Assembly (NCBI GenBank): GCA_964388715.1
Contig: CAYMBN010000003.1
Span: forward strand, 1 to 64,000
DNA: 64,000 bases
DNA from: an uncultured Methanosarcinales archaeon
GTDB lineage: Archaea; Nanobdellota; Nanobdellia; Woesearchaeales; CAYMBN01
Reading direction: 5' to 3'
Shown here: piece by piece, positions 46,742 to 57,019 of the stretch
Position numbering within the stretch: position 1 is the first letter of the stretch
Layout of the letters: each line of letters starts with the position of its first letter
Notes under the pieces: generated by a model
Seen by the model: only the letters and a program-made list of their open reading frames with translations
Database searches by the model: none
What the model was told of the DNA's origin: nothing
Made by a program: the position numbers and the translations under genes

Positions 46742-49254
46742 CCTTTTAATTTTTCTTTGAATTCTTGTAATTCTTTTAAGAAACGTTGTATTGTTTTGTC
46801 AATGTGCTCTGGTTGAGTGCTGAGGATGATTGCTGTTTCTTCTAATATGTTTTCACTGTGTGATGTTTCGTCTGATGTTAGTTCAAGTTCTTTTAAATCA
46901 ATCTTTTTGCCTTTTTTAACTGCTTTACGTGCTGTTTTCCATTTGTTAAACAGTTCTTTTGCTCTAGCAGGAACCATGTTTTGTTCAACACCAAGTTGAT
47001 TAGCAACCTTTTCTAGCAAATCACTTTGCTCTTGTTCTTGTTTAATAGCTGCTTTGCCTGCAGTAAAAGTGATTCTTACAATACCATCTTGGATCTTGGT
47101 TGCTTTGAGTATTTTTATCTGTCCAACTTTACTAGTATATTTAACATGTGTTCCACCACAAGCTTCAACATCAACTTCTGGGATTTCAATTATTCGAATC
47201 TCTTTGCCAGGCACTGCACCACCTTGGTAAATTGCCATACCAAACTTTTTTTCTGCTCTGTTTCTTGACATAAAGTTTGAATGTACTGGTAGGTTTTCGT
47301 CAACAATCTTGTTAGCTATTTTTTCAATTTTGTCAAGTTCTTGATTACTGATTGCTTGGTAATGTGTAACATCAAGATGTGATTTGTCTATTGTTTTTTT
47401 TGCACCTGCTTGATTAATATGTTTTCCAAGTACTCGTTTTGCAGCTGCGTTTACAATGTGTGTTGCAGTATGATGTTGTGCTAATTGAAGTCTTCTATCA
47501 AAATTGATTTCACATTGAACTTGTTCACCTTCTGAAAATTCGTGATCATCTTTTAGTTCATGTACAATAACATGTGCTTTTTTATGTACTTCAACAACCA
47601 TTTTACCTTGGATTGTTCCTGTGTCATGCATTTGACCGCCTGATGTTGGATAAAAATATGTTTTGTCAAGTACTAGATATTTACCTTTAACTCGCAAAAC
47701 CTTTGCTTTGAACACAACTCTTGAATAATCTTCATGGTATAATACTCTTGTTTCTTGTAAATCACTTACATCAATATCAAGTTCTTTTTCAGTTGCATGT
47801 TCTTGTTCTTTTTTCTCATGTAATTCAGCAACTTTTGCATAGAAATTGTCAGGAACTTTAACATTAAGACCTGCTTTAACTAACATTTCCGGTGGAATTC
47901 CGTGTGAATCATACAATTGAAGTAATTTTTGTTCATCAACATTTTGAAGTTTTTCAACGATTTGTATTGCCTTTTGTTTTGAGTTCATGTATTTTTCTTT
48001 TTCAACATGAAGTATTTCCTTAACTTCGTTAAGATTATCACTTAATTCTGGAAATATTGGTTTTAGATAGTCAGCATGCCATTTGCAAACATCAAATAAA
48101 GATAACTTCCAACCATATTTGTCAATAAATGAAAGAGCTCTTCGTAAGATAACCCTTAAATTATAGCCTCCGCCTGTGTTACTAGGAAGAGCACCATCAC
48201 TTAATGCAACTAGTAATGTTCTAGCATGTTCCCCAATAGAATATAATGCTGCTAAAGGAAGTATCTTTTTTCTTAATTCTTCAACACTTAAATTAACTTT
48301 TTCTGCAACATCTTGCCATGCTTTATCAATATCTTCAACTTCGTCAACATTAAGGTAAGAAGCATAAGGTAAAAATTTTTTCATTAATTTTTTATCAACT
48401 TTGATTCCTGTTGCGTTTTTTAGTTTTTCGCAAACAGTTGGGAATACTGCTTCATAACTTGTTGAGGTTGCTTTTGCAAACCATGCATTACGTTCATGAC
48501 CCATGCCCATGTCAAGTACCTTAAGTTTTAGTTCTTTAGGACCATCTTTTGTTTGTTCGTATAACATGTAAACTTGATTACCTAATTCAAGACCTCTGCT
48601 GAAAAACTCCATGCAAGGACCAAAGTTTCCACCACCTGCCCATGCATCTTCATGGAATGTTATTTCTTCTTTAGCTAAACCTAATCCTTCAATTAACCAA
48701 TTGTAAATGTCAGTGAAAACTTTATCCTGATCCCATTCTTCTTTAGGAACAAATTGATGTTGACCAATCATTACAAAACCGGTGAAATGTGCACCTGTAA
48801 TACCAACATTATCTATGTCATTGAATCTTAAACAGAATTGCGGGACAACTAACGGGTTTGCAGGAGGAGCAACTTCTCCAGACACAACATAAGGTTGGAA
48901 ATCATAGATAGAAGCTTGTACAAAGTCTGTATCATCTCGCCAACGTGCTACTACTGGATATCTTTTTATTGGTGTATAACCCCATTTGTTGAATAAATCA
49001 GCAAACTTTTTCCATACTCCAATATAATCCATGTCATTCTTTGCAGGACTATTTCCTATAAATTTAAAACCTCCTGCACATGCAGGGTCACCACAAACAA
49101 GTTGGTTTTTGTTTACTGTCCAAAAAAATGTGCCACATTTACATTGTTTTCTTTCAAAATCATGTTTTTTAAGAACATTAGTAGCATAATAAGTATCAGG
49201 ATCAAGTGACGCTTTTTTCTTGAATTCCTTTTTAACCTCTTTGTCAGATAGCAT
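46738..49254 (-). CDS. alaS: Alanine--tRNA ligase, archaeal type
   Basis: RYPVVARWRDD, ASIYDFQP, WAGGGNFGP, HHTATH editing motif, EACGGTH. Confidence 0.97.
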   Translation of the reverse strand: MLSDKEVKKEFKKKASLDPDTYYATNVLKKHDFERKQCKCGTFFWTVNKNQLVCGDPACAGGFKFIGNSPAKNDMDYIGVWKKFADLFNKWGYTPIKRYPVVARWRDDTDFVQASIYDFQPYVVSGEVAPPANPLVVPQFCLRFNDIDNVGITGAHFTGFVMIGQHQFVPKEEWDQDKVFTDIYNWLIEGLGLAKEEITFHEDAWAGGGNFGPCMEFFSRGLELGNQVYMLYEQTKDGPKELKLKVLDMGMGHERNAWFAKATSTSYEAVFPTVCEKLKNATGIKVDKKLMKKFLPYASYLNVDEVEDIDKAWQDVAEKVNLSVEELRKKILPLAALYSIGEHARTLLVALSDGALPSNTGGGYNLRVILRRALSFIDKYGWKLSLFDVCKWHADYLKPIFPELSDNLNEVKEILHVEKEKYMNSKQKAIQIVEKLQNVDEQKLLQLYDSHGIPPEMLVKAGLNVKVPDNFYAKVAELHEKKEQEHATEKELDIDVSDLQETRVLYHEDYSRVVFKAKVLRVKGKYLVLDKTYFYPTSGGQMHDTGTIQGKMVVEVHKKAHVIVHELKDDHEFSEGEQVQCEINFDRRLQLAQHHTATHIVNAAAKRVLGKHINQAGAKKTIDKSHLDVTHYQAISNQELDKIEKIANKIVDENLPVHSNFMSRNRAEKKFGMAIYQGGAVPGKEIRIIEIPEVDVEACGGTHVKYTSKVGQIKILKATKIQDGIVRITFTAGKAAIKQEQEQSDLLEKVANQLGVEQNMVPARAKELFNKWKTARKAVKKGKKIDLKELELTSDETSHSENILEETAIILSTQPEHIDKTIQRFLKELQEFKEKLKG

Positions 49255-49334
49255 AATTATAGAGAGTAGGGTTTTTATTTATAAATCTTCTGCTGAAAAG
49301 AAAGATTAATAAACACTAGAAAGTTACTATTATT

Positions 49335-50084
49335 ATGTTTTATCATAACCTTAATCCGGTGATTGTTAAATTAGGTTTTCTTGAGATTAGATGGTATTCT
49401 CTTGCATATATATTTGGAATTCTTTTGACTTACTTTATATTAAGGAAAATAGCAAAGCAAGGAAGGGTTAAGAATCTTACTTTGGAGAAAGTAGATGATC
49501 TTGTTGTTTACCTTACGTTAGGTTTGATTATAGGTGCAAGATTGTTTTACTTTATATTTTATAATCCAGCTTATTTTTGGACAGATCCTTTGGAAATATT
49601 TCAGATATGGCATGGTGGAATGTCTTTTCATGGTGGATTAATTGGAATGATCCTTGGAATGGTTTATTTTTCAAAGAAGTTTAAGGTTAAATTCTATGAT
49701 GTTGCTGATATTGTTGTGATTCCTGTTTCATTAGCATTGTTTTTAGGCAGAATCATGAATTTTATTAATGTTGATATGCTTGGAACTGTTAGTAATTTAC
49801 CTTGGTGTGTGAAGTATAGTGGTGTTGAAGGGTGTAGACATCCTATTTCAATATATGAGGCTTTGAAGAATCTTGGAATATTCTTTATTTTAGCTTTTAC
49901 TTATCAGAAAAAGAAGTTAAAGTCAGGCAGATTGTTCTGGTTGTTTGTGTTATTGTATGGAGTTTTGCGTTTTGTGATTACTTTTATGAGAGATGATCCT
50001 GTTTATTTTGGATTTAATATCGGACAGTGGTTGTGTTTAGTAATGATAGGGGTTAGTGTTGTTTTTCTTGTGAAGAAGAATTAG
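49335..50084 (+). CDS. lgt: Prolipoprotein diacylglyceryl transferase, bacterial type
   Basis: IRWYSLAY, IGARLFY, WHGGMSFHGG, LGRIMNFIN, RHPISIYE, YGVLRF. Confidence 0.93.
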   Translation: MFYHNLNPVIVKLGFLEIRWYSLAYIFGILLTYFILRKIAKQGRVKNLTLEKVDDLVVYLTLGLIIGARLFYFIFYNPAYFWTDPLEIFQIWHGGMSFHGGLIGMILGMVYFSKKFKVKFYDVADIVVIPVSLALFLGRIMNFINVDMLGTVSNLPWCVKYSGVEGCRHPISIYEALKNLGIFFILAFTYQKKKLKSGRLFWLFVLLYGVLRFVITFMRDDPVYFGFNIGQWLCLVMIGVSVVFLVKKN

Positions 50085-50331
50085 CAGCTGCAAGTTCACT
50101 AAATGTTTGATATAAATCTAGGTAACCTGTTTCTGTTATACCTTCTCCACTTGTTGACATTCTGTCAAATAACTTTTGAATTTCCTTATGCATTTCCATA
50201 ATAGCTTCAAGATTTTCTGGACTTGGTAAAATTTTTGTTCTATCATAAACATCTATCACTATATGGGGATTTCTACTACAAATAGCTAATGAATATCTTG
50301 CTTGGATTGTATCATATGATGGATTTGGCAT
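50053..50331 (-). CDS. Hypothetical protein
   Basis: 92-aa ORF overlapping the lgt 3' end. Confidence 0.45.
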   Translation of the reverse strand: MPNPSYDTIQARYSLAICSRNPHIVIDVYDRTKILPSPENLEAIMEMHKEIQKLFDRMSTSGEGITETGYLDLYQTFSELAAANSSSQEKQH

Positions 50332-50347
50332 TTTTTAGAAATTCTTT

Positions 50348-50914
50348 TTACTTGCTTCTTCTTTCTCTGGCGATTAATCTTTGGAGTGCGTCTATCTTTC
50401 GCATTAGTTCGAGTTTTTCTTGGTCTGCTTCAAATATCTTATTTGAAAACTTTTCTAGTGCAAAGTCTTTTTCTTTAAGGTTTCTGCTTATTGCAGTGAA
50501 CTTATTTATTTCACCTGAGAGATTTTCTATATGAGAAGAGATTGTGTTAACTTGGTTCTTTAGCTCATTGTAACTAGCAACATCTGCTTTGATTCTTTCA
50601 AGTGAATCTTTGAGTTCGTTTTCTCCTTGTTCCATCATTTGTTTTTGCATGTTGGTTTTTTGTAGTTTAAAATCTGTGATTTCTTTGTCAAATTCTTGTC
50701 GTGATTCGTTGATTTGTTTAATGATTACAGAATTGCTTGCTATGAATTCTTTTTGTTGTGACTTCATCTCTTGTAAATCTGTGTTAAATTGTTGTTTTAT
50801 GTTTGTTAATTCAGATTTAACAGGATCAAATTCTTGTTTTAAGTTAGTGATATCATTAGTTAAATTATCTATTAATTCCTTTATCTGCATTAAGTCCTTT
50901 ATCTTTTGTATCAT
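50348..50914 (-). CDS. Coiled-coil protein
   Basis: Continuous heptad pattern over 188 aa. Confidence 0.75.
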   Translation of the reverse strand: MIQKIKDLMQIKELIDNLTNDITNLKQEFDPVKSELTNIKQQFNTDLQEMKSQQKEFIASNSVIIKQINESRQEFDKEITDFKLQKTNMQKQMMEQGENELKDSLERIKADVASYNELKNQVNTISSHIENLSGEINKFTAISRNLKEKDFALEKFSNKIFEADQEKLELMRKIDALQRLIARERRSK

Positions 50915-50926
50915 TGTAGAAAAAAG

Positions 50927-51511
50927 TTACTTTTCTTCTTGTCTTCTTGTCATTCGATTGTCAGCATTACTGAATATTTTTTCAATGCAAACATCTTCTG
51001 ATTTGAAATGACCTGTTCTTTGTGATGGTTCTTGTTTAGGTTGTTGAGCTGGTTGTGGTTGCTGCACAGGTTGTGGTTGTTGGATAGGTTGTTCAACTGG
51101 TTGTGGTGCTTCTTGTTTGACAGGTTCTTCAACCTTTGGTTCTGTTTTTATTGCGCCACTTTTTAGCTGTGATATTGCTAATTGTATTTGTGATAACTGA
51201 TCTTTTAAAGCATTAACATCTTTTGCTAGGTCTGTTACTTTACTAAATTGGTTTTGTTTATATTCCATAAAAAATTTTCCAAAATCTTGTAGAACATCTT
51301 CCATTTTTTTGACTCTTGCAACCATATTAGGGTCAATAGAAGCTTGTTCAGATGTTTGATTTGTATTATTTTGTTGAGTTTCTTGTGCCATTTTTTCCTC
51401 TTTCTGTTTTCTTATTTTTCTTAAAGCATCATCAATACTAGACGCTAGACCGTTCTGAACCATTGATTTTGCTAACATCATGTCTTTTTGTAATTCTTCC
51501 ATATTATTCAT
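50927..51511 (-). CDS. Coiled-coil protein with Q/P-rich linker
   Basis: QQPQPVQQPQPAQQP low-complexity segment; C-terminal EDVCIEKIF motif. Confidence 0.75.
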   Translation of the reverse strand: MNNMEELQKDMMLAKSMVQNGLASSIDDALRKIRKQKEEKMAQETQQNNTNQTSEQASIDPNMVARVKKMEDVLQDFGKFFMEYKQNQFSKVTDLAKDVNALKDQLSQIQLAISQLKSGAIKTEPKVEEPVKQEAPQPVEQPIQQPQPVQQPQPAQQPKQEPSQRTGHFKSEDVCIEKIFSNADNRMTRRQEEK

Positions 51512-51547
51512 TTCATTACTTAAAAAACAATAATTCTTATTTAAATT

Positions 51548-52030
51548 TTATTGTTTTCTTCTAAATAGGTTGGTAATTCGCTTGTGAAATCTGTACCAAA
51601 ATGGTCCTAGAAAGATTATGTTCAAGAATATAAGTACTATGTAAATTACAATGTCATATGATATTCTTGACCAGTATAATTGTAGTGGGTTACAGCCAAT
51701 ACCTGCTGTACCACAGGTTATTATGATTCCTATTTCATCTGCAATTAAGCCAAGACCAACACCAAACAATGCAGCAGAAATTCTTTTTAAAACTCTATCA
51801 TCACTAACAAGAGCAACCCAGTTTGATATGACTAATAAAGCTATTCCATAATAAAAATGGTGTATATGGTACTTAAATATGAATAAATTGAGTTTTGGAA
51901 ATAAGTATACAATCATTCTTGCAATAAAGAATGATAATAAAAAGAATATGAATATAATAAAAGGTGTAACCTTTTTTCTTCTAATAATATCATTGTACAA
52001 TAACGAATGAAGGTGTTTTACGAATTTCAT
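51548..52030 (-). CDS. Integral membrane protein
   Basis: Four TM segments; HIHHFYYG and GLGLIADE motifs; ATG 52030. Confidence 0.78.
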   Translation of the reverse strand: MKFVKHLHSLLYNDIIRRKKVTPFIIFIFFLLSFFIARMIVYLFPKLNLFIFKYHIHHFYYGIALLVISNWVALVSDDRVLKRISAALFGVGLGLIADEIGIIITCGTAGIGCNPLQLYWSRISYDIVIYIVLIFLNIIFLGPFWYRFHKRITNLFRRKQ

Positions 52031-52084
52031 TTCAAATTTCTCCAAAATTTGTAATGAATTAGAAATTTCATTTCCAATTCATTT
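52025..52084 (-). repeat. 60-bp double-hairpin repeat, copy 2
   Basis: 53/60 identical to 27855-27914; minus strand AATGAATTGGAAAT-GAA-ATTTCTAATTCATT and CAAATTTT-GGA-GAAATTTG. Confidence 0.85.
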
Positions 52085-52918
52085 TATTGTGTTTTTTAAT
52101 GCGTGGATTGCAACCTCCAATTGTTTATTATCTGGTTCACTTGTTGTTATTTTTTGTAAAGCTAAACCAGGAAAGATTAGTACTTTAAAGAATATGTTGT
52201 TTTTATATTTATCTGCTAGTTTGAGTAATTCATATGATATTGAAGCTATTACTGGAATTAAAACTACTCTTGATGCTAACTTGATCCAAAGGTTTGGGCT
52301 TGTGATTAGTGAAAACAAAAGAATACTTATCACTAGTACAAGTAGTAAGAATGAAGTTCCACACCTTGGGTGAAGTGTTGAGAAAGATTTACAATTTTGT
52401 GGTGTTAATTTTTTACCTGCTTCATAGCAATTAACTGCTTTATGTTCTGCACCATGGTATTCAAATAATCTTTTTACATCTTTCATTAATGAAATTGCTA
52501 GGATGTATAATACAAATATTATTATTCTTATTACTCCATCTATTAAATTGAACATGATTCCTCTGTCAACTGTTACTAGTTTTGTAAGGTATAGTGGAGC
52601 AACGACAAATAAAAGTAATCCAAAAATGATTGAGCCTGTTATTAAATAAAACATTTCCCAGAATGTGAATTCTTCTTCATGTTCACCTGTTTGTTGGTTA
52701 GCTGACCAAATCAATGTTTTATAACCTAGGCCAAGAATTTCAACCAGGTTTGTTATACCTCTTACAAAGATCCATTTTGAATATTTAGAAGGTTTAAGTG
52801 TTTGTTTTTTTGTGATAATTTTCTTACCTTTTCTGACAGAAGTAGTTACTTTAGTATCAGATTTCATCATAACTCCTTCAATTACTGCTTGACCACCTAC
52901 TTTTTTACATTTGTCCAT
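52079..52918 (-). CDS. DUF1385 membrane protein
   Basis: VGGQAVIEGVMM, FEYHGAEHK, HPRCGTSF, LQKITTSEP. Confidence 0.93.
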   Translation of the reverse strand: MDKCKKVGGQAVIEGVMMKSDTKVTTSVRKGKKIITKKQTLKPSKYSKWIFVRGITNLVEILGLGYKTLIWSANQQTGEHEEEFTFWEMFYLITGSIIFGLLLFVVAPLYLTKLVTVDRGIMFNLIDGVIRIIIFVLYILAISLMKDVKRLFEYHGAEHKAVNCYEAGKKLTPQNCKSFSTLHPRCGTSFLLLVLVISILLFSLITSPNLWIKLASRVVLIPVIASISYELLKLADKYKNNIFFKVLIFPGLALQKITTSEPDNKQLEVAIHALKNTIK

Positions 52919-52949
52919 TATAAAGAAAGAAGGATAGGTTATTTAAAAG

Positions 52950-53034
52950 GTTTTCGACGAAGTCGAAACTCTTTGAAATCAAAGATTTCTAAGATGCTCA
53001 GAAACTCCTTGCGTTTCCGACACATTTAGAAATT
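52950..53034. repeat. Intergenic multi-hairpin palindromic element
   Basis: TTTCGAC-GAA-GTCGAAA; GAAATC-AAA-GATTTC; ATTTCTAA...TTAGAAAT enclosing GAAAC/GTTTC. Confidence 0.6.
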
Positions 53035-53035
53035 T

Positions 53036-53614
53036 TTAATTTCTAAAGGTTTTCTTTAATATATTGGAAAGGTTTTTGTCTTTCTTATACTCTTTAGCTG
53101 CTTTAATTACCTGTTTTTTGTTGATTTTGAAACCTTTTTTATTAAGGAGTTTTTGGTTTCTTCTGATATATTGACAGAATTGTGTGACATTTTTTGGATC
53201 TTTTGTGTAATAACAACGTTCAAAGTCAACAAGATGTGCTTTTAATCTTGGTGTTATAATGATGTGTTTGAATGGGTTGTGCATTTCTAGTTTGTTAATG
53301 CCTAATTTATCCATTTTATAACATTGTTCAAAGACTTGTTTTAGGATTTTTTTGATTTTTGTCTTTGATTTTTCTTTTTCAAGAAATTCTTTGATAAAAA
53401 TGCCATTGATAAATTTGTATGTAAAGGAATCTTTTGTGTGTTTAAGTATTTTTGGACCAATTTTGTGTTTATTTAGGATTTTTAAGAATTTTATTTCGTT
53501 TTGAATTCTGTCAATAGCTTCTGATCTGGGAAGTTTCTTTTTTATTGCAACTTTTATTCCTTTGTACTTTGTAAGATAAATTATTCCTCGATGACCATGC
53601 ATGAATTCCTTCAT
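53036..53614 (-). CDS. Atypical Ser/Thr kinase (RIO/Bud32-like, COG2112-type)
   Basis: GHRGIIY, VAIKK, IGPKI, LVDFE. Confidence 0.78.
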   Translation of the reverse strand: MKEFMHGHRGIIYLTKYKGIKVAIKKKLPRSEAIDRIQNEIKFLKILNKHKIGPKILKHTKDSFTYKFINGIFIKEFLEKEKSKTKIKKILKQVFEQCYKMDKLGINKLEMHNPFKHIIITPRLKAHLVDFERCYYTKDPKNVTQFCQYIRRNQKLLNKKGFKINKKQVIKAAKEYKKDKNLSNILKKTFRN

Positions 53615-53635
53615 GAGAAATAGATTGGTTTTAGG

Positions 53636-54172
53636 TTATTTAAACTTTACTAAATATACATACAATTCTTCGAAAAACATCTTGTGTTTGTCAAGTTGTT
53701 TGAATTGATAGTTATTTTTTTTAAGGATTTCATTAATTTTTTCTTTGTTTGTTAATGAGCTGAAAAGGAGAAGTATGATTCCATGTTTTTCTAAGTGATT
53801 TTTTGCTTGGTTTAGGAATTTTTCAATGATTTCATAACCATGTTTTCCACCTGTTGTTGCTAGAGAAGATGCTTTATCTTCTATTTTATCTTCTGGAAGG
53901 TATGGTGGATTAAAGATGATTGTATTGAACTTGTTTTTTATGTTTTTGAATAAGTCAGATTGAAGGAAGGTAAGATTTTTGAATGTGTTATGCTTTTTAC
54001 AATATTCAATTGCTTCTGGATTTATGTCAGTGGCTGTGATTGATTTGACTAATGGTGCAATGCTAAAACTGATAAAACCAGAGCCACAGCCGATTTCTAA
54101 TACATTGGCTTTTGCATGTTTTTTTGCTTGTTTGAGGAGCATTTCAGAATCTTCTCTTGGTTTGTATATCAT
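53636..54172 (-). CDS. HemK2/PrmC-like SAM methyltransferase
   Basis: YKPREDS, LEIGCGSG, FNPPYLP. Confidence 0.92.
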   Translation of the reverse strand: MIYKPREDSEMLLKQAKKHAKANVLEIGCGSGFISFSIAPLVKSITATDINPEAIEYCKKHNTFKNLTFLQSDLFKNIKNKFNTIIFNPPYLPEDKIEDKASSLATTGGKHGYEIIEKFLNQAKNHLEKHGIILLLFSSLTNKEKINEILKKNNYQFKQLDKHKMFFEELYVYLVKFK

Positions 54173-54217
54173 TTTTTAATGAAAACTTTTTTAAATTAAT
54201 TAAGTTTTCTATTTTTT

Positions 54218-54817
54218 ATGTATCAAAAGAGTGATAGTATTAATAACCATGAATTTGTAGTAGTTGATATAGAAACAACTGGATTGTCTTATTCTTATAA
54301 TAAAATTACTGAGATTGGTGCTGTTAAACTAAAAAATGGTAGTGTTGTTGATAGGTTTGAGACATTGGTTAATCCTGGGGTTGGGATTCCTAGATTTATA
54401 ACAAAACTAACTGGGATTGACAATGAAATGGTAAAGGATGCGCCAAAGATATATCAGGTTATGCCAAAGTTTATGAAGTTTTTAGGATTTAGAACGTTTA
54501 TTGGGCATAATGCTACATTTGATTATAACTTTATTGATTATAATGTACAAAGATATCAAAATTTTTCTTTAAAGAATGAAAAAGTGTGTACTTGTAGATT
54601 AGCAAGAAGATTGTTGCCTGAATTGGCAAGTAAAAGATTAGCAAGTGTTTCAAATCATTTAGGTGTTTCAGAAACAACAGAGCACAGGGCAATGGCTGAT
54701 GCAATGATTACAGCAAGGATATTTATGAATTTTGTTGATCAGTTAAAAGAAAAGAATGTTAATAATGTAAGTGAATTAGTAAAATTTCAAGCGAGTAAGA
54801 TACCTAAATTATTCTAA
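54218..54817 (+). CDS. DEDDh 3'-5' exonuclease (PolC/DnaQ-like)
   Basis: VDIETTG, GHNATFD, HRAMADA. Confidence 0.93.
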   Translation: MYQKSDSINNHEFVVVDIETTGLSYSYNKITEIGAVKLKNGSVVDRFETLVNPGVGIPRFITKLTGIDNEMVKDAPKIYQVMPKFMKFLGFRTFIGHNATFDYNFIDYNVQRYQNFSLKNEKVCTCRLARRLLPELASKRLASVSNHLGVSETTEHRAMADAMITARIFMNFVDQLKEKNVNNVSELVKFQASKIPKLF

Positions 54818-55321
54818 ACGTTTATTAAGAAGAATTGGAATGTTAAATTCTATATCTGTTCCTGTAATACTTATTACTTGGTTAATTTCTATTTGATTTT
54901 GGTCAGGACATTTGGTGGTGATGAAAAATGTAATTTCTCTTGAAGATAAAGGTGGGACTGATATTTTGTTAGGAGGAATTATATCAATATATTCATGTTT
55001 TTTTGTGTTAAAATCTAAATCTTTTATAACATACTTATCATGATTAATTAATTTTATTGTGATATCTTTTTTTTGGTAACACTTTAAATTTAATTTGTCA
55101 GGGATGTTGTCAATTGATAATTGGGCTTTTTTTGAATATAAATAAGCTTTTCCAACTGAATCTTCAATTATTTTTGTGTTCATTATTTTAAATTTAAAAT
55201 CTTCTTGGTTAATCATATCAATACGATCATATTCTGAAGGGGTGGAAAAATAGACTACTGATAGACAAAAACATACTATAGTCAGTATTGCTAATATTGT
55301 TTTTTGGTTATCTTCTCTCAT
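54809..55321 (-). CDS. Membrane-anchored protein with Ig-like domain
   Basis: N-terminal TM, beta-rich C-terminus; overlaps the upstream deacetylase gene. Confidence 0.7.
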   Translation of the reverse strand: MREDNQKTILAILTIVCFCLSVVYFSTPSEYDRIDMINQEDFKFKIMNTKIIEDSVGKAYLYSKKAQLSIDNIPDKLNLKCYQKKDITIKLINHDKYVIKDLDFNTKKHEYIDIIPPNKISVPPLSSREITFFITTKCPDQNQIEINQVISITGTDIEFNIPILLNKRLE

Positions 55322-56771
55322 TTTTGATTTTTAAATATTGTCTAGTTGTTACAGGAATTCTTGCTTGTTCTCCTATTAATGACATCCATTTTTTGAATAG
55401 ATGAATTTTTGCTTGTTCAGATTCTTCTAAGTAAGTTGGGTTTGATTTTTCTATGAATAATATTTCCCAGGGATGTGATAAATAAATGTTTAATATAGGA
55501 TCTTTTTTATTTTCAAAAAAATCTACTTTAACAAAATACATAGAAGGATCATTAAGAGCTAAATAATTGCATGATTCATCTCCTTTACAAAAAGATAAAG
55601 CAACTTCATTATCAACATCAACATATTCTTTCATAAATTTGTTTGAAATATAATTAATTGGTAAATCAAGGTATGGTGCTCTAAATTGAATAGGGTTTTT
55701 GTTAAATACACTTTGAAAGATCTTGTAATTTTGGTTTAATGTTAGTTTTACAAATTTGGGTGTGACTTTTGCAATGTTTGTATGGTACATTGTGTGTAAG
55801 CCTAGATCTAAGAATCCTTTTTCTTCATATTCTTTAACTTTTTCTAGTAACTCTGGTTTTGATGTCATTGCGATAATAGAACTTCCTGTCATGTGCCATG
55901 TTACTGGGAAACCATATTTTTCAATGAATTCATTAAGTAGGATTGGTGTTCCGATTAATACACCGCAATAAGGATAACAATCTGGATATATAATCTTGTC
56001 TTGTTTAATAACTGGTGTATACCAAGCAACTTCATAAGAAGAATAATGTTTTGTTTTATAATCTGCAGGTAGAGTGCATGATTCATTATAACAAATTGGG
56101 CTAAAAAGTTTTGGGTTTATTCCTATGCTTTTAACATCTTTGTTGACAGTGTCTTTGTCATGTGTATATTCTTCTGAGAATACTGGTCTATCACTTTCAT
56201 AGTCCATTGTGAATGTAACATATTGTTCTTGTTCAGGTTTTTGAGCTTTCCATTCAATAATATGTTCAAAATAATTTTGTTGAATTAAGTATTCATTCTT
56301 AATATAGCCTGAACTTGATTCGTCACTTATCATTTTTGCTAAAAGGTATAAAAAGTCTGCATTGGAGATATAACAATTGTCAATCTTGATTGCCAATGGT
56401 GCTTGGTTTTTCTCTTCAAAATATTTTTGTAGTTTTAGAATACTTAATATAATATCCTTAGATTTTTTATTACATTCTTTCTTTGTTCTAAAATAATTTT
56501 TTTTAAAATTAATGTTTGGAATAGTTTGATCGCTTGAATATGAAAGGTACTGGGTGAACAATGTATAGGTTTCAGCTAGGTTTTTTACTTCTTTGTTATA
56601 AATAACATATTTAGGAGGGTGTCCAAAATAATTAGAATAATCAATAAAAAAGTTAGCAGAACGTTGAATATGGGTTTTTTGTTGGTCAATGTTGTTTGAC
56701 ATAGCGTAAATAGATTGAATTAATAGTAGAAATATTATAATAAAGGTAATTACCTCTTTTGATTTAGTCAT
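55308..56771 (-). CDS. Secreted NodB/CE4-like polysaccharide deacetylase with putative pseudomurein-binding repeats
   Basis: Signal peptide; YFGHPPKYV and EKNQAPLAI...FLYLLAK repeats; FTMDYE, LHTMYH, FRAPYL, SHPWE. Confidence 0.75.
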   Translation of the reverse strand: MTKSKEVITFIIIFLLLIQSIYAMSNNIDQQKTHIQRSANFFIDYSNYFGHPPKYVIYNKEVKNLAETYTLFTQYLSYSSDQTIPNINFKKNYFRTKKECNKKSKDIILSILKLQKYFEEKNQAPLAIKIDNCYISNADFLYLLAKMISDESSSGYIKNEYLIQQNYFEHIIEWKAQKPEQEQYVTFTMDYESDRPVFSEEYTHDKDTVNKDVKSIGINPKLFSPICYNESCTLPADYKTKHYSSYEVAWYTPVIKQDKIIYPDCYPYCGVLIGTPILLNEFIEKYGFPVTWHMTGSSIIAMTSKPELLEKVKEYEEKGFLDLGLHTMYHTNIAKVTPKFVKLTLNQNYKIFQSVFNKNPIQFRAPYLDLPINYISNKFMKEYVDVDNEVALSFCKGDESCNYLALNDPSMYFVKVDFFENKKDPILNIYLSHPWEILFIEKSNPTYLEESEQAKIHLFKKWMSLIGEQARIPVTTRQYLKIKNERR

Positions 56772-56816
56772 AATATAAGTTTAAATATAATGTGATTTAA
56801 AAGTTTTTTCTCTTTT

Positions 56817-56949
56817 GGTATGTGCATAGCACCATGCCTGTAAAAAACACGGAAACTTGTTATTAAGCATTAAGGTTTTCGACACAATGGTCTTACGAAC
56901 CAAACACTTGTTTTTGACAAAAAGTTGGCATAGGTGCTATACACATACT
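56817..56949 (+). repeat. ~135-nt structured intergenic element, copy 2
   Basis: GGTATGTGCATAGCACC / GGTGCTATACACATACT terminal stem; compensatory changes relative to copy 1. Confidence 0.85.
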
Positions 56950-57019
56950 CTCTATTCACTAGATTACAATAATATTTATAAGTGAATTCTGTATTTTATT
57001 GAACTAAGTGGGGGTTTTG

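Noticed and set aside
53036..53614. Kinase as pseudogene because HxD is missing
   Set aside because: The ORF is intact, and a Glu-containing catalytic loop is to my knowledge usual for this archaeal kinase family.
37411..56949. CRISPR array
   Set aside because: The repeats are dispersed pairs many kb apart, with no repeat-spacer periodicity and no cas genes.
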